64,000 nucleotides of DNA from Eutreptiella sp. 'Long Island Sound 2002' (lineage: Eukaryota; Protista; Euglenida), in contig OZ038378.1 in the NCBI GenBank assembly GCA_964036045.1, positions 9,672,001 to 9,736,000 on the forward strand. The letters are read 5' to 3'. Positions 13,878-26,375 of the stretch are shown in pieces. The notes below the pieces were generated by a model. It was not told the origin of the DNA and did not search any database. It worked only from the letters and a program-made list of their open reading frames with translations. How positions within the stretch are numbered: position 1 is the first letter of the stretch; the number at the start of each line of letters is the position of its first letter. Both the position numbers and the translations under genes were made by a program.

Positions 13878-14721
13878 TTGTTGCGTGGCCCCTCGAGTTG
13901 GGCGGAAAGATTGTCGGAGTGGAACCACGTCCCACACTTTCTGTATTTTGTGACGCATTACGTGGATAGCATGCCCATTGCTTCCATAGGAGGCATCCTT
14001 TGTGATGTCCCGTTTAATCCTAAATACGCCGGGTGCATATATAAAGTTACGGTTGCCATTGACAGCCTTGGCAACATCGTTCGGATTTGTCCGTTGGCCC
14101 CCGGGACATCGGCGGATGTTCTCATTTGGGATCGCGAAGGGCCGAAAAGGAGCAAGGGGCATTATATGGATTATGAGATTCATGGATGGTGCATACAAGG
14201 GGTGCCTCCATGTGGCATGGCCATTAATCGGTCGAAAGACGTTGACCGAGCGACAAAAGGAGTACAATGATGTTCATGGTTTCTATAGGGCACATATTGA
14301 GCACTTGTTTGCATGCATGTGGCACTGGGGCATCGTAAGGAACATATGGAGGGGATCTGGTACGGAATTGCATGAGTACGTGCGTGTACTCTTGCATTTG
14401 CAGCAATTTTTGATTCGAAGACAGGTACGGCACCCTCCATATGGGCCGTGGGAACACGTACCTGCACATGTATGGACCGCACCTACACAGGAGGACAATG
14501 ATGATGAGGATGTTGTGGCTGATGATGGGGATGTATGTGCCCTTTGTTGCACCAAGTCTGACCCTGAAAAGATGTCCGTGTGTGACAAGTGTGAACTGCA
14601 ATATTGTACGGATTGCATTGACAGACAGACACACACATGTGACAATGTGACATTTCTTCAATTCTGCAACTGTGTCCTGTTGTGCACACAAGTTGCATAT
14701 TCTCAATGTGTACTTAGTTGA
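13878..14721 (+). pseudogene. Frameshifted DDE transposase of the PIF/Harbinger-IS5 (DDE_Tnp_4-like) type with a C-terminal Cys cluster
   Basis: Two overlapping ORFs give HYVDSMP...YKVTVAIDSLGNI...PGTSADVLIW followed by DGAYKG...LTERQKEYNDVHGFYRAHIEHLF, the typical D..D..DxxY..R..IE layout. Frameshift near 14180-14200. Confidence 0.8.
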
Positions 14722-14871
14722 CAACGGAACAGAAAGACATTTGTGTGTTGTTGAGGGTGGCGACCAATGCGCTGTTCATGGCTTTTCTAGTTGTGCATGA
14801 TGTGTGTTATGTGAAGGGAAGGTAGTTTGCAACTTTCTTGAGCTGGGGCAGTTTGGGTCACCTCATTCTAA

Positions 14872-15560
14872 GGGGGAGCGTTAGCGCGCCGGGCATCTTT
14901 TTTGACCCGTGCCCCACCAGTGACCTTTTAGGGGCTGCACTAAGCGCAACTATTTGGACGTCTAGCTGTCCTAGAACCCCATACTTTGTGATACTATGGG
15001 CATTCTTGTTGTTTGACAACGGGTATTTTGATGCTTCTTTCACATTCGGGATATGGTATATTTGGATTCTCACCCAGTTTCACCAATTTTCTTCCATTTT
15101 TTGCTCGTTTCCACCACATCCACTCCTTGCTAGGTTGATTTCTCCCCACCATGGGGACCCCAAGAAAGCAGGGGTAATGTAGCCATATTGATTTCTCCCC
15201 ACCATGGGGACCCCGAGAAGGCAGGGGTGATGTTGCGAATACTGAGTTTGCGCTTCGTTCTTATGACGTGAGGCAGAAACGCCGTCCAAACCGCTTGCGG
15301 CTTGGGGACTCATTACGATAGCGAAATCTATGGGAAAGGTAAAGGCAAAGTACCGTTTGTTAAGTACAATACAAATGACATTTGGAGTTGTTGAATTCAC
15401 AGCTATTGTTCAATTCTGCAACGTGCTTTGTAGGGAAGGTGTGCAGTCCATAATGGTCTATTTGGGGGGCCTTCTCCATCAGAGGGTAAATCTCGGGCTG
15501 AAGTCGGGATAGTTAATAGAAAGGTAGCGCGCCGGGCGCGCGCCGGGCAAACATTCCCCC
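14872..15560. mobile_element. Tourist-like (Harbinger) MITE, 689 bp
   Basis: TAA|GGGGGAGCGTTAG ... CAAACATTCCCCC|TAA gives imperfect ~13-bp TIRs with a TAA TSD; AGCGCGCCGGGC subterminal repeats. Confidence 0.85.
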
Positions 15561-16809
15561 TAAGGGCGTTTCCAAGGGGTGTGCCTAGGGGCTCTTCGGG
15601 GGGAACATAGTCTCAAAGTAGCGCGCAGTGCGCACACAGTGCAAGGATTCCCCCTAAGAAACAATTTTGTCCCCACTAGTGTGTGGGTCAATACACTCAG
15701 CACAATATTTTTCATTACATTCACCCCAAAGTGTGGTGGTGTGCTTCTGGGAGCACAATGCACAACCTCACCCTCACCCACTCCATCATCTTATGTGGCA
15801 GTTGAGTTGTTTGCATCAACGGCATTCCAAACATAACGCGGAACGTGTTCCCGTGGTCCATAAGGGAGGTGACAGACCTGAAACTAAAAGTGAAACTGAA
15901 ATGGCGACATGAACCATGCCTTTTCAGGGCCTCCTACGCAGAGAGTAATAACATATGCCGCTTAACCTCAATAGCACCAGAAGGATGAGCAGACACCATC
16001 AAAAGTGGCGACATAACCACTACTGTGTTGATTCCTCCAAAGCGAAGAGGAATCAAAGTGCCTACATAACCCTGCCTCCTTGTGTATCCAGAGCACAATG
16101 GGAGGAATGCATATTGACACACATCTTGTTTTTGCAGGGCAAGAGCGGCCCTTTGTGTTGAATGCCACTGATTCTTCAATAATAGCTTCATGACCGTCCC
16201 CTTGCTGTGCTTTTCCCTGTGTGCATGGGGGAAGGTTAGCGTGTGGGGCGCGCACCACGCATCATTATGGGCCAAAATGCCCCCGACCAACACTATACTC
16301 AGCAACCAAGGGCTATATATACTTGGTGCTAAAGTAGCGCGCCGGGCGCCGGGCAAACGCTTCCGCCATTTACATTTTGCACCACACTATTTTTCCATTT
16401 CCTGACCCAAGGCTTCCTGACCCGGGCCTGAAAGTGTGGTCAAGCGTGGATGATTACATTTCTGTCACACTTGGGGCTGCAGGTTGTGCTGATCTATGCT
16501 TTAGCCCTACGCATTTGTTTTTCTGGCCCTTGTGTTGTTCATGTGTTGGCAGTCGTTTTTCTGGCCCTTGTGTTGTTCATGTGTTGGTTTTTCTTGAGTG
16601 TTGATTCTGGTATGGATTCTCTCTGGGTACCAGACTCATGCTTTGCATGTGGTCAAGACCTCCCTCAATGGCTGTCAGACCTGTGCTTGGCTGTACAAGT
16701 TGCGTGCATATGCTCTGCATTTAAGCACACTGACAGAAAGATCATTATCCGCCATGGCTTTGCCATGAATCACCTTGCGCTTTTGGAGAGGCTCCCTGGG
16801 ACTGGTAGT

Positions 16810-16945
16810 TGTGCCAACACAAATACAGGACCTCTTTTGCCCATTATGGCTGATTCTCTATTTGCACCTGGACTGGTGGTTGTGCCAACACAAATACAGG
16901 ACCTCTTTTGCCCACTATGGCTGATTCTCTATTTGCACCTGGCCG
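16810..16945. repeat. ~72-bp tandem duplication
   Basis: GTGCCAACACAAATACAGGACCTCTTTTGCCCA(T/C)TATGGCTGATTCTCTATTTGCACCTGG occurs twice. Confidence 0.85.
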
Positions 16946-19801
16946 GGAGGTGCTATGCAAGCGGTACCAGAGCTGGGCTTGTAGAAGCCACAATTCTTGG
17001 GCCTGCAACGGAAGGAGATATTTTTTCTGTATGCTTGAAGTAACCGAGAAATGGGCGGGATTATGGGCTTCTACTCTGAAAGTGCTGATTGGAAGCCTAC
17101 ATCGCATTGTGGTTTGAATCGGCTGGGTGTCTTGTGCTTAGTTACTGGGTTTCACATCATTGTCACGTGCACCGAACAGGGTGTCCAAGGAACACTCCTA
17201 TTCGGACCGTTTTTTTTAGGACTTTATTGTTCGCCGGACACAAGGCAGGGGTGCATAGATCTTCTTACCTGTCACCAAAGACAAATGGTGTTTCCCACAC
17301 ACACCATGTGTGTGCCCTCCAAGCAATGTTGAGCAAGGCAGCTGAGATGCAGCCCATTGTTGTGTGGGTTACTTAAACAGCCATTTTTGGCCCAAAACAA
17401 CACCAAAACCACCTCAAAACGGCCAAATGCAATTAAATGAATGTCATACACGGCAACCGGGTGAGGTGGACGGGCCGCCAAAATGAAGCATACAACTCCC
17501 AAGGAAAGCAGGTAGAATGGATAGGAAACCAGTTCAAACAAGTCGAACGGCTGGTTAAATATGTGACACGCAATAAGCAGCAGAAGATATGGGCGGTATT
17601 CCCAACACGGCAAACGGGATGCGGAGCAGGAGTAGCCGTTCGGCTGGACAGACGAACGTTGACAAGAAATCTAAGAAAGGTGGCCACCAAGGTGATATAT
17701 GATGGCAATGGAAAATGGACACAACGGAGAGGGGAGACGTGGATAAGGATGCACCACAAGGCGACACGGCATTTTGCCATGCTGCTGGACGGCAGGGAAC
17801 AGTGGCACCCCCTGACACAACTGCACCCAACAAAACTGATAACGGCGAAGGCGGGGCGGTACAAGGACTTTGATGAGGACGAACACATAATGGTCAGACG
17901 CGTGGTATCAAGTAAGGCCGTAAGGACGAGAAATGACTTTTACCGATGGGTGAATGACAAGCAGGATTGTGGCACCAGCACGGCATACCACGACTCCAAA
18001 CTACCATGGGCGGGAGCGCGACACATGGGATTGGTGGATGATAATGTGGTGGCGTATTAGTACGTTTTCCCCAAGCGACTACAGGATGAAGTGGTGTCCT
18101 CTTTACGAGCAAAGGAAGCAGCCTTCGTACTTATTGACGGCGATGCGGAAGGAGTATACATACTCACACAAGCCCGATCCCTAACTCCTACAAAGACCCA
18201 ATTGGACCTGAAGACCGAAATCCTGTGCGTGGTAGACATGGAGGTGCCGGTGCTGGGCACAAGATTGGTGGACAGCCCTTTTTGTCCGGAACTATTGGAT
18301 GAGGAAACACCGCTGAACAAATACTCAAAGCTGGTTAAGTTCCGCCAGGGGGTCGGCCCTATGGAAGTTAGCGGTAAATTGTGGCAGGGTGGAAGAATTA
18401 TGATCAAGTCCCTTAGCACGGACCAAAGGGTGAGGTTTGGAATGTGGGCAGATTGCAGGCCGCCCAAAGGGGTGGAGGAACTCGAGCTATTGGAGGGCTA
18501 GGCACAAGTGTTGACACGAGGGGAAGTAAGTGAGTACACAGTACGGAGGTTTGCCACGATGTTTGGAGCCATGACAAAGTTGGAGCATCACCAGTGGTAC
18601 AATCACTAGGGACTCACATGTTATAAGATTGTGTACAAGCATGAGGAATCGTCGGTGATATGTGACGGAATGGAATTCGAAATGGTGGCGGGAACCCTAG
18701 AATTCAAAGGAGTGGCAGATGAAGATGTTTTGGAACAACGGAAAACGAAGCATGATTATGATCGAGGATGAGGAGGGGTGGCCTTTGATCGCAGCAGAAG
18801 AATATGGAGCGGCGGCGGCACAAGAGGAAGCATGAGGATGGCTGAGCGCACAGGCACTTCAAAAGCTGCAAGACGAGACGAATGAGTTGGATAAAACCAT
18901 AGCACCGGCCCAACCTTCGTCGGCACAAAAACCACAAAAAAGACCGAAGGCGGGAAAGGGTTATTGAGTCATGTGAGCTGGGTCGCATGGCTGGTTGTCT
19001 GGTTTTTTATCTGGGGGTACATAGAGGGTGACAAGAAGACACTACGGGTGAGGTGGGCCATATGGAACATGGCTTGGGACAATAGTAAGACTAGAGGGAG
19101 ACTGTACTGGCGCTATCGAAAGCGGACCAGCATACACCACCCGAGGTTGTATGCTAGATATGGGGTGAAGGGACAATTGTGGAGGGGGAGGTTAATCATG
19201 CGGAGTGGCGACGTTCACCCGAACCTAGGACCCAACATCTAGGGGCAATACAACTTAGGGACACGGAATGTTCTGAGAAGCGATGGAATGGACTCCTACA
19301 AGAATTGTCTTCGACGGGGCTGAAGATCATGGCCCCACAGGAAGTCAGGTTTCGGAAAGGTGCGGAATGGAGGGGACCCAAGACGGAGCAGGTCTTTCGC
19401 AATTACAAACTAAATGCTTCACGGGTGTTGGGCACAGGGAGCGACGAGTGCTTTTTAGTACATGAGACATGGGCTGACTATGCTCGATTAGTGTCGGGCC
19501 CAGGGGATCCATGGGTGACCATCAAGCTCAAGATACCGGGGGAGGTGGACTAGCTAATCTGCAATATCCATGGGAAGCACGCTCGTAGGGACAAGAAGAA
19601 ACAGGACGAGTGGCTTCGCTCGCATAAGGGGACAACAGTGTTACTAGGTGATTTTAATGACCAAATGTGAAAAGGAGCACGGCCATGGCAGGGCTGGTTG
19701 AGCAACACAAAACTGCTAGACATGGCTTATCATGTAGGAGAAGGGGATGAAGAGGTGACAGTGGTCCCCACCAGGGGAATGAGACGCCGCCTAGACGCGA
19801 T

Positions 19802-22345
19802 CCCGGGGGGGCGGCCGGGCCCGGTCCTTGTATGCGACACCCCCCAGCCCCCCCCCCCCCCGGGTTTTGAAAGATAGTGGTGCCGGGTCGGCCACCAACA
19901 AGTGTCCGTAGAGAAAACTGTCCGGCGCCGAAGGCGCCAAATTTTTTTTTTCATACTATGTGTTTATACTCAAAATGCTCAAAATTTTGTAGAGAATTCA
20001 TATTTGTGTTAAAACAACAAGAAAAAAATTTTGACCTGAAGGAGGGCTACAGGAGGGCTGCAGGCCCTAACAGCAACCCTACCCTAGCCCTAACCCTAAC
20101 CCTGGCCCTAGGGCTAATCAAGACTGAATATTGGGACCGAGCTGGTGGGGGAGGGAACATCAGCTATGACTGGTGAGGGACATCAAGAATGATTCACACA
20201 TTGATGGCTCTTGACAAAGTCTTGCAAGTGAACCCCATCACCACGAGGCCCACTTTCAAGGCTTTTTGGACTTCTGAGGGGCCAAAATGCCCCAAAATGG
20301 GCTCAAAACGGGCTCATTTCACCCGTTTGTGCACCCCAAATGGTCTAGGATGAGGTTTGGAAAAGCGCGTTTTTGACCCATTTTTGACCCATATTTGGTC
20401 CCAAAACAACCCATTTTCAAGGCATTTTGGGATTTTCGGAGGACCAAAATGGGCCACCACAAGCTCCAAACGGTCCAAAAACACTTGTTTCAGCGTCGCA
20501 CATGGTCTAGGATCATTTTTGAGAAAAGTCATCTTTTTGCCCCTACTGGACCCTGTTGACCCATTTGGGCACCCACCTGTTTGGGCTTGAGCTTGCAGCT
20601 TGCTGCAGCCTAGTGGGCCTAGGTATTGGGGTCTAGGCGTCCGTTGGGGCAATTCTGAGCGGTGAAAACCACAAAAAGTGGGGGGTTGCGGGTGGAGTAG
20701 GTGCCCTCGGAATCGCATTTTGAGCCATGTAGCCAAAATTATGGCCTATTCTTGGTTTGTGGCTGTCGGCATTTGGACCTTCTGGGGGCCTTTTTGGGCC
20801 GTTTCCGGGACATGTCATGGAGTTAGAGGGCCGCAAAGAGCTCGTGGATACGGGGAAGTCAAGACGCACATGGAGTGTACCCACCGTTTCCCTTCGTTTG
20901 GCCGTTTTGAGTAGGTTCCAGGGCTTTTTTGGCCCAAAAATGGCTGCTTTTGGCCCTAAACTGCAGTTTTTGAAACTGAGGTCCGCCACTTGCGAATCCC
21001 GTTTCCGGCCGCCATAGTTGAGTTTCTTGCTCAAACTTTGTGTGATTGTACTTCACACCCATAGGTATCATGCAGCAAAATTTCAATCAGATCCGAAGCA
21101 CCACGACGGAGGTCTGATTTTTACCCATTTCGCGCGTGCTGCTTGCTTGCTTGCTGCTGCTGCTTGCTGCTGCTGCTGCTGCTGCTAAACCTGGTAGGTC
21201 CACCCTAGACACTAAAAAGGGTTATAAAACCAAGACTGGTTCCACCAGCTCGGTGACCCTAACCCTAATGAGGGGTGGAAACCACAAAAAGTGGGGGGTT
21301 GCGGGTGGAGTAGGTGCCCTCGGAATCGCATTTTGAGCCATGTAGCCAAAGATATGGCCTATTCTTGGTTTGTGGCTGTCGGCATTTGGAGCTTCTGGGG
21401 GCCTTTTTAGGCCGTTTCCTGGACATATCATGGAGTTAGAGGGCGGCAAAGAGCTCGTTGACACGGGGAAGTCAAGCCGCACATGGAGTGTAGCCACCGT
21501 TTCCCTTCGTTTGGCCTTTTTGAATGTGTTCTAGGGCTTTTTTGGCCCAAAAATGGCTGTGTTTGACCCTAAACTGCAGTTTTTGAAACTGAGGTCCGCC
21601 ACTTGCGAATCCCGTTCCCCGCCAAGGAAAAATACCTAGTACAAGGTGACATCCACAAGTGCAAAAGGATGAGCACAACATATTATACCAATACACAACC
21701 ATTCTAAGGACACGAAGAAAACAAACTACAATCGGCTTTCGCTTCACCGCGATCCCGTTTCATATGCATTAGGCACGTGATGATTCATTGATGCCTTGCT
21801 TGAGTGCGATGGCCCCCGCCACCACAATGGCCGGTAGCAGGTAAGAGGGGCTTTGCGGGCAGATGCTACAGGACTCAAGCCATGCACATTCGGGTACGGC
21901 GAGGGTGGGGGGTTAGGCGAGGGTTGTCGGAGTTCAGGCGTCGAAGAAATAAATGGAGGGTGGTTGGGAACTTATAGGGGCTAAAATGTGTCGAAAATGG
22001 GCCCAAAAAGAGGTCATTGGGCCCACTACTTGGGTGTGAACCCCACTAGACAGTGACCAAAGGTGTTCGTTCAACATCTACATTGGTTTCCGTGCCAATT
22101 CCCCCCTACAAGGACATGCTAGGCAACTGTAACCACCCAAAAATGGCATTTTCTGGTCATTTTTGACAGATTTTGAAACCTGGGTGCGCTACCCGCGAAG
22201 CCCGTTGCCGGTCGCCACCGTCGAGTTTCTCGCTCAAACTTTGTGTGATTGTACTTCACACCCATAGGTATCATGCACCAAAATTTCAACCAAATCCAAA
22301 GCACCACGACGGAGTTCTGATTTTTAGCCATTTCGCGCGTGCTGC

Positions 22346-22376
<31 letters not shown>

Positions 22377-22721
22377 GCTTGCTGCTTGCTGCTTGCTGCT
22401 GCTAAACCTGGTAGGTCCACCCTGGACACTAAAAAGGGTTATAAAACCAAGACTGGTTCCACCAGCTCGGTGACCCTAACCCTAGGGCTGACCCTAACCC
22501 TAACCTTAACCATAACCCAAATCCCCCCCCCCCCTCACCCCTGGCTGGACACCCCCCTAACCCCCGGCCAGACCCCCCCCCCACCCCCGGTTGGACCCCC
22601 CCCGACCCCCGGCTTGACCCCCCCCCCCCCCCGACCCCCGGCTGGACCCCCCCCCCCTCCAAGTTTTGACAGATAGCTGGGGGGGTGTCGCATCAGGACC
22701 GGTTGTAGTCGCCCCCCCGGG
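19802..22721. mobile_element. 2.9-kb non-autonomous hAT-like element
   Basis: ~45-bp imperfect TIRs (CCCGGGGGGGC...GGTCC..ATGCGACACCCCCCAGC and its inverse) and an exact 8-bp TSD GACGCGAT at 19794-19801 and 22722-22729. No transposase ORF; the superfamily is inferred from TSD length and related ends starting CAG/CAC. Confidence 0.8.
20660..22500. repeat. Internal modular direct repeats with CCCTAA telomere-type runs
   Basis: A ~330-bp unit occurs at ~20665 and ~21277. A ~170-bp unit (…TTTCGCGCGTGCTGCT(n)AAACCTGGTAGGTCCACCC…CAGCTCGGTGACCCTAACCCTA) occurs at ~21105 and ~22305. CCCTAA runs also occur at 20066-20105. Confidence 0.85.
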
Positions 22722-24769
22722 GACGCGATATTGATGTCTCCTGAGTATGCCCAGTATAAACATATGCTGGATTATGAAAATTCCCACCTCAGTCACGAGG
22801 GAGATCACACACTGGTGTGGGTCTCCTGGGGGAAACGGCAGCCCCGGGTCAAGCACGACCCGTCGCCCTTGATCAGGCATTGGCGGAAGTTGGATATCAA
22901 GGCGTTCAGGGACCACATGAACAAATGGAAGATGCCGCATCGACATGACCCATTGCAGATAGGAGCAGACATCAAGGAGGAAGTGGCACATTATGTGCGG
23001 ACACACCAGCAGGTTAGGCACACGGACAAAGAGGAGCAAGGATTGGCGGAGGAGGCAGAGAACCACCCAGGGGATGAGCGGAGAAAAAGAAAACTGTACG
23101 CCTACCAGGGAAAAAAGGCAACGCAAAGGGCAGACAAGGCCCTCTGTCGGTTCAGGCGCACGGTTCAGGGACAAGCTATTTCTATCAGAAGAAATGGATG
23201 CACGCGCCGTTATCTCAGACTGCCAAGCACCCCGCGGCTAGGTCAGCAATTAGGATACTACCGGATTTTAGTGGCAACCCATCGTGGGATGAAGACGTAC
23301 GCGGCCGCTAAAGTGGTGGCTGATCACCTCTCAACCCTGCCCACAAAATTAACCCTTGTGTCGTGGTAAGTGAAAGTAGAGGGTGGTCAGAAATTAACCG
23401 GCTCGGCTCCACCCCCCCCCCCCTCTACTGCCACCAGCCCAAACACCTTGCACACTGCATCAACCATGAAGGAACTGAAAAAACAATTCATTAATTTCCA
23501 CCATGTGATCCGGCGGTCAGATCTTTCCCCCCATGCGTTCCATGTGTGTCCCCACCGGAAGCTTTTCCCATAAGGCTCCCCCCCCTCCACATGCGCATGT
23601 CTATGGGCGCCCACCTGGAACGAAGAATCGTCCCCCTCCCCCTTGTTACTGGACCCGCACTTGGAAGTAAGAATCATGGCCCTGCCAATACCATGGGGGG
23701 GTTAGGGATACGGCTCTGTGTGGCTTTGCGGTAGCAAGCTTCCATTGTTGTACAGATTACATGGACTGCTTGTGAACCTGGATGTGCTGCGTTTCGTTTG
23801 ATTGAAGTATGATGCAATCACCCTCTCGTGATTGGTTGATGGTGAACTCGTTCGCAACTGAAACTGGAGATCACGTTGTTCTTTGTGAGGTATGTTGCAT
23901 TGGAGTGCCGCATGCTCATTGCATTGACAACTACACTGGGCCTCTTTGCTCACAGGGGGGGAAAGGAAACCAAGGTGATGGTGTGAGGGAGGGAGAAGAG
24001 ACTGAGCAACGCACCCCAAATAGGTAGTGAGAGGGATGTGATTTGATGGTCGCATATTCTGCACAGTCCACATGCTAAGCGACGGCCAACCCACCACGGC
24101 AGTCCTGAATGGCCAAATAAAACGGCGTCCATTACACCCAGGCACGGAGTAAGCGATGATGGAATCAACAGCGATTGGAGGGTAAATGACAGCAGTTGGA
24201 GGGTAGCTGATGGCGGTACTCAGGGGAGCACTTGACATGGGGTGCGTTGCGCAGGTGTTCAGGCAACTAGGGGTCAGCGTTGCATGAGTGGAAGGAGCAT
24301 GGTGGGAAGTGTGAGTTCCCTGCGACCAGTGATACCGCTCTTGGAGCAGGGATGGTTGTGTGCCTGAGCATTATGGGATCTGACGCACATGAGGGGGTTG
24401 ATGACGCCGTTTGTGGTGTGTGTTGCAAGCAAGCATTCTGGCCGTTCCCGGGATAATCACCTCCCAGGGTGTGCAATGTGTGTGGTTTGTGCACACGGCC
24501 CAAATGCTTCTCCCGACCAGTTGGGAGGTCAACCAACAGTGGTTGTTGGTGACTGGAGGTGTTTTAGGGTGGCCAAGAGCGGTTGGAGGGCTGAGCCCAA
24601 GGACATGCAGCTTCCTAGTCACCATGCTGACAACACATATTCACCCATTCTGCAGTCTGCAGTACTGGTGCTGTCAGTCCAGTGACCCGTTGCGATGCGA
24701 AAACTAGTAGTTTTTGATGACCACTCTGTGGGGCTGCCGTTTTTCGGCCAAGATGTTACTGGGTCATGC

Positions 24770-25140
24770 TGTCACCCGTGTACCTTTTTTTTTTCTGTAA
24801 CCCGTGTATGGAGAAAAGTGTAATGAGTGTACTTTTTTTTTTCTGTAACCCGTGTATGGAGAAAAGTGTAATGAGTGTACTTTTTTTTTTCTGTAACCCG
24901 CGTAAAAGTAGAAAAAGCGTAACATGCTTATTTCACATGCGGGTTACACAAAAAAAAACGGACATGGGTTACACTTTTTTCATGCGCGGGTTACACCCCC
25001 CCCCAACAAAAAAAGGACACGGGTTATGCTTTCTTTTCCGATACGCGGGTTGCACCAAAAAAAAGTGTATGCGGTTTACATAGAAAAATAAAACGTACAC
25101 AGCTTACGCTTTTTCCGTACATGGGTCCACATGAAAACTC
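24770..25140. mobile_element. Palindromic MITE-like repeat built of TTTTTCTGTAACCCG / CGGGTTACAC units; related half copy at ~27020-27220
   Basis: Tandem units in the left half are inverted relative to those in the right half. Confidence 0.55.
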
Positions 25141-25693
25141 ATGTTCCTATTTCTTCCCCTTATTTGGCGTCCACGAGACAGCACAGTTTATGTAGCCATC
25201 GCCCATATTTGGGCCCCTCAGACAGAGGGTGAGGTAGCCACTTCTGATTTTTTCCCTGCATTGAGTGTTGGGGACCCCAAGATGGCGAGGGTTATGCAGC
25301 CTTTGCCCATATTTTGGGCCTGCCTGAAGATGGTAGAAATAGATAAATAATGTCGGAACATCACCAAGGGTGCATGCAACACTACAAGTAGGTGACAAAT
25401 ACCCTCTTGTAGATAAGCCGAGAGTTGGTTACGGTTTCACCCGACTTAGGCTAGGCACCAGGACTCGAGTTCCGTGCACAAGTGTCATAAAGATCCTTTT
25501 TGAGCTGCTAGATCAGCTTGTCAATGAAGAGTTGGTCATGCTCCAACTGACTAGTTGTGCCTTTAGGATAGGCCTGTAGGACCGTCAACCACTCTCCGTG
25601 GATCTTTACCCGTTGAAGGGTATTTTCCGCATTGGTGGCATTGGGGCTGCCTGAGGAGGAGGCGGCTTGAGCCCAAGGCTCGGAGGCTCGAAC

Positions 25694-26121
25694 CACCGGG
25701 GGGGGTAGCCGGGCCCAGTCCTTGTATGCCCCCCCCCCCCCCCCCGAGTTTTGAAAGATAGCGGTGTGGGGGTCATGGCGCCAACGGCGCCAAAGTTTTT
25801 TGTCCCATGCTTAGGTGAAGGGGGTACTATGCCTTTGGCCCTTAAGACCCTTGAGACTTTCTTCCTGACAAAGATGAGAAATCGCTATTATCGCATACAT
25901 ACCTCTATACCCCCCATGCCCCCAGACACACACACCCCCTTGAGGTATGCATGTGGTAGTAGTGGGTCGCGCGCAGCCCCCCCCCCCCTTGGAACCCCCC
26001 CCCCGGCCGAGCTGCCAATACCCCCCCCCCCCCCACTCCAACTGCCCCCCCCCCTCCTGCAAGTTTTGACAGATAGCTGGGGGTGGGTCGCATCAGGACC
26101 GATTGTAGTTGCCCCCCCGTG
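25694..26121. mobile_element. 428-bp hAT-like MITE, same family as 19802-22721
   Basis: Same TIR sequence; 8-bp TSD GCTCGAAC/GCTCAAAC with one mismatch. Confidence 0.75.
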
Positions 26122-26141
26122 GCTCAAACACCTTCCTGTGG

Positions 26142-26375
26142 TTTGACAACGGTATCCTCCACCTGTGCGGGAGGTAGAGGATGGCTCTTCGAGTGCGGAG
26201 AGGGTGACCCCAAGAGTGTCTCCAAGCTCGACAACGGTATCCTTGACCTGTTCGGGTGAAGTAGAGGAGGGCTCTTTGAGTGCAGAGGGGGTGGCCCAAG
26301 AGTGTCTCTAGGCTTGACAACAGTATCCTCCACCTGTGAAGGTGAAGTAGAGGGGGGCTCTTTGGAGGTGGTACC
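26142..26375. repeat. ~87-bp minisatellite, about 2.6 copies
   Basis: TGACAAC(G/A)GTATCCT...GTAGAGGA(T/G)GGCTCTT...CCCAAGAGTGTCTC recurs. Confidence 0.85.

Larger units (their letters stand above)
13466..15654 (+). mobile_element. PIF/Harbinger (ISL2EU-like) DNA transposon relic with nested insertions
   Basis: Ends TAA|GGGGGCG... and ...GATTCCCCC|TAA, with the subterminal direct repeat GCGC(A)CAGTGCAA at both ends. Contains a transposase relic and an inner MITE. Confidence 0.65.
17437..23369 (+). mobile_element. Decayed LINE (ORF1-like region and APE endonuclease, truncated before RT), split by a DNA transposon
   Basis: APE motifs APQEVRF, VLLGDFND and RRRLDAI lie at 19180-19801. After the insertion the frame resumes as (I)LMSPEY...HEGDHTLVWVSW, matching the LD.IL and (S/G)DH..V motifs. 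Upstream broken ORFs 17437-18501 have the same purine-rich composition. Confidence 0.75.

Noticed and set aside
26142-26375. Regularly spaced repeats as a CRISPR-like array (also 53603-53701 and 16810-16945)
   Set aside because: The units are contiguous tandem copies without unique spacers, there are no cas genes, and the context is eukaryotic.
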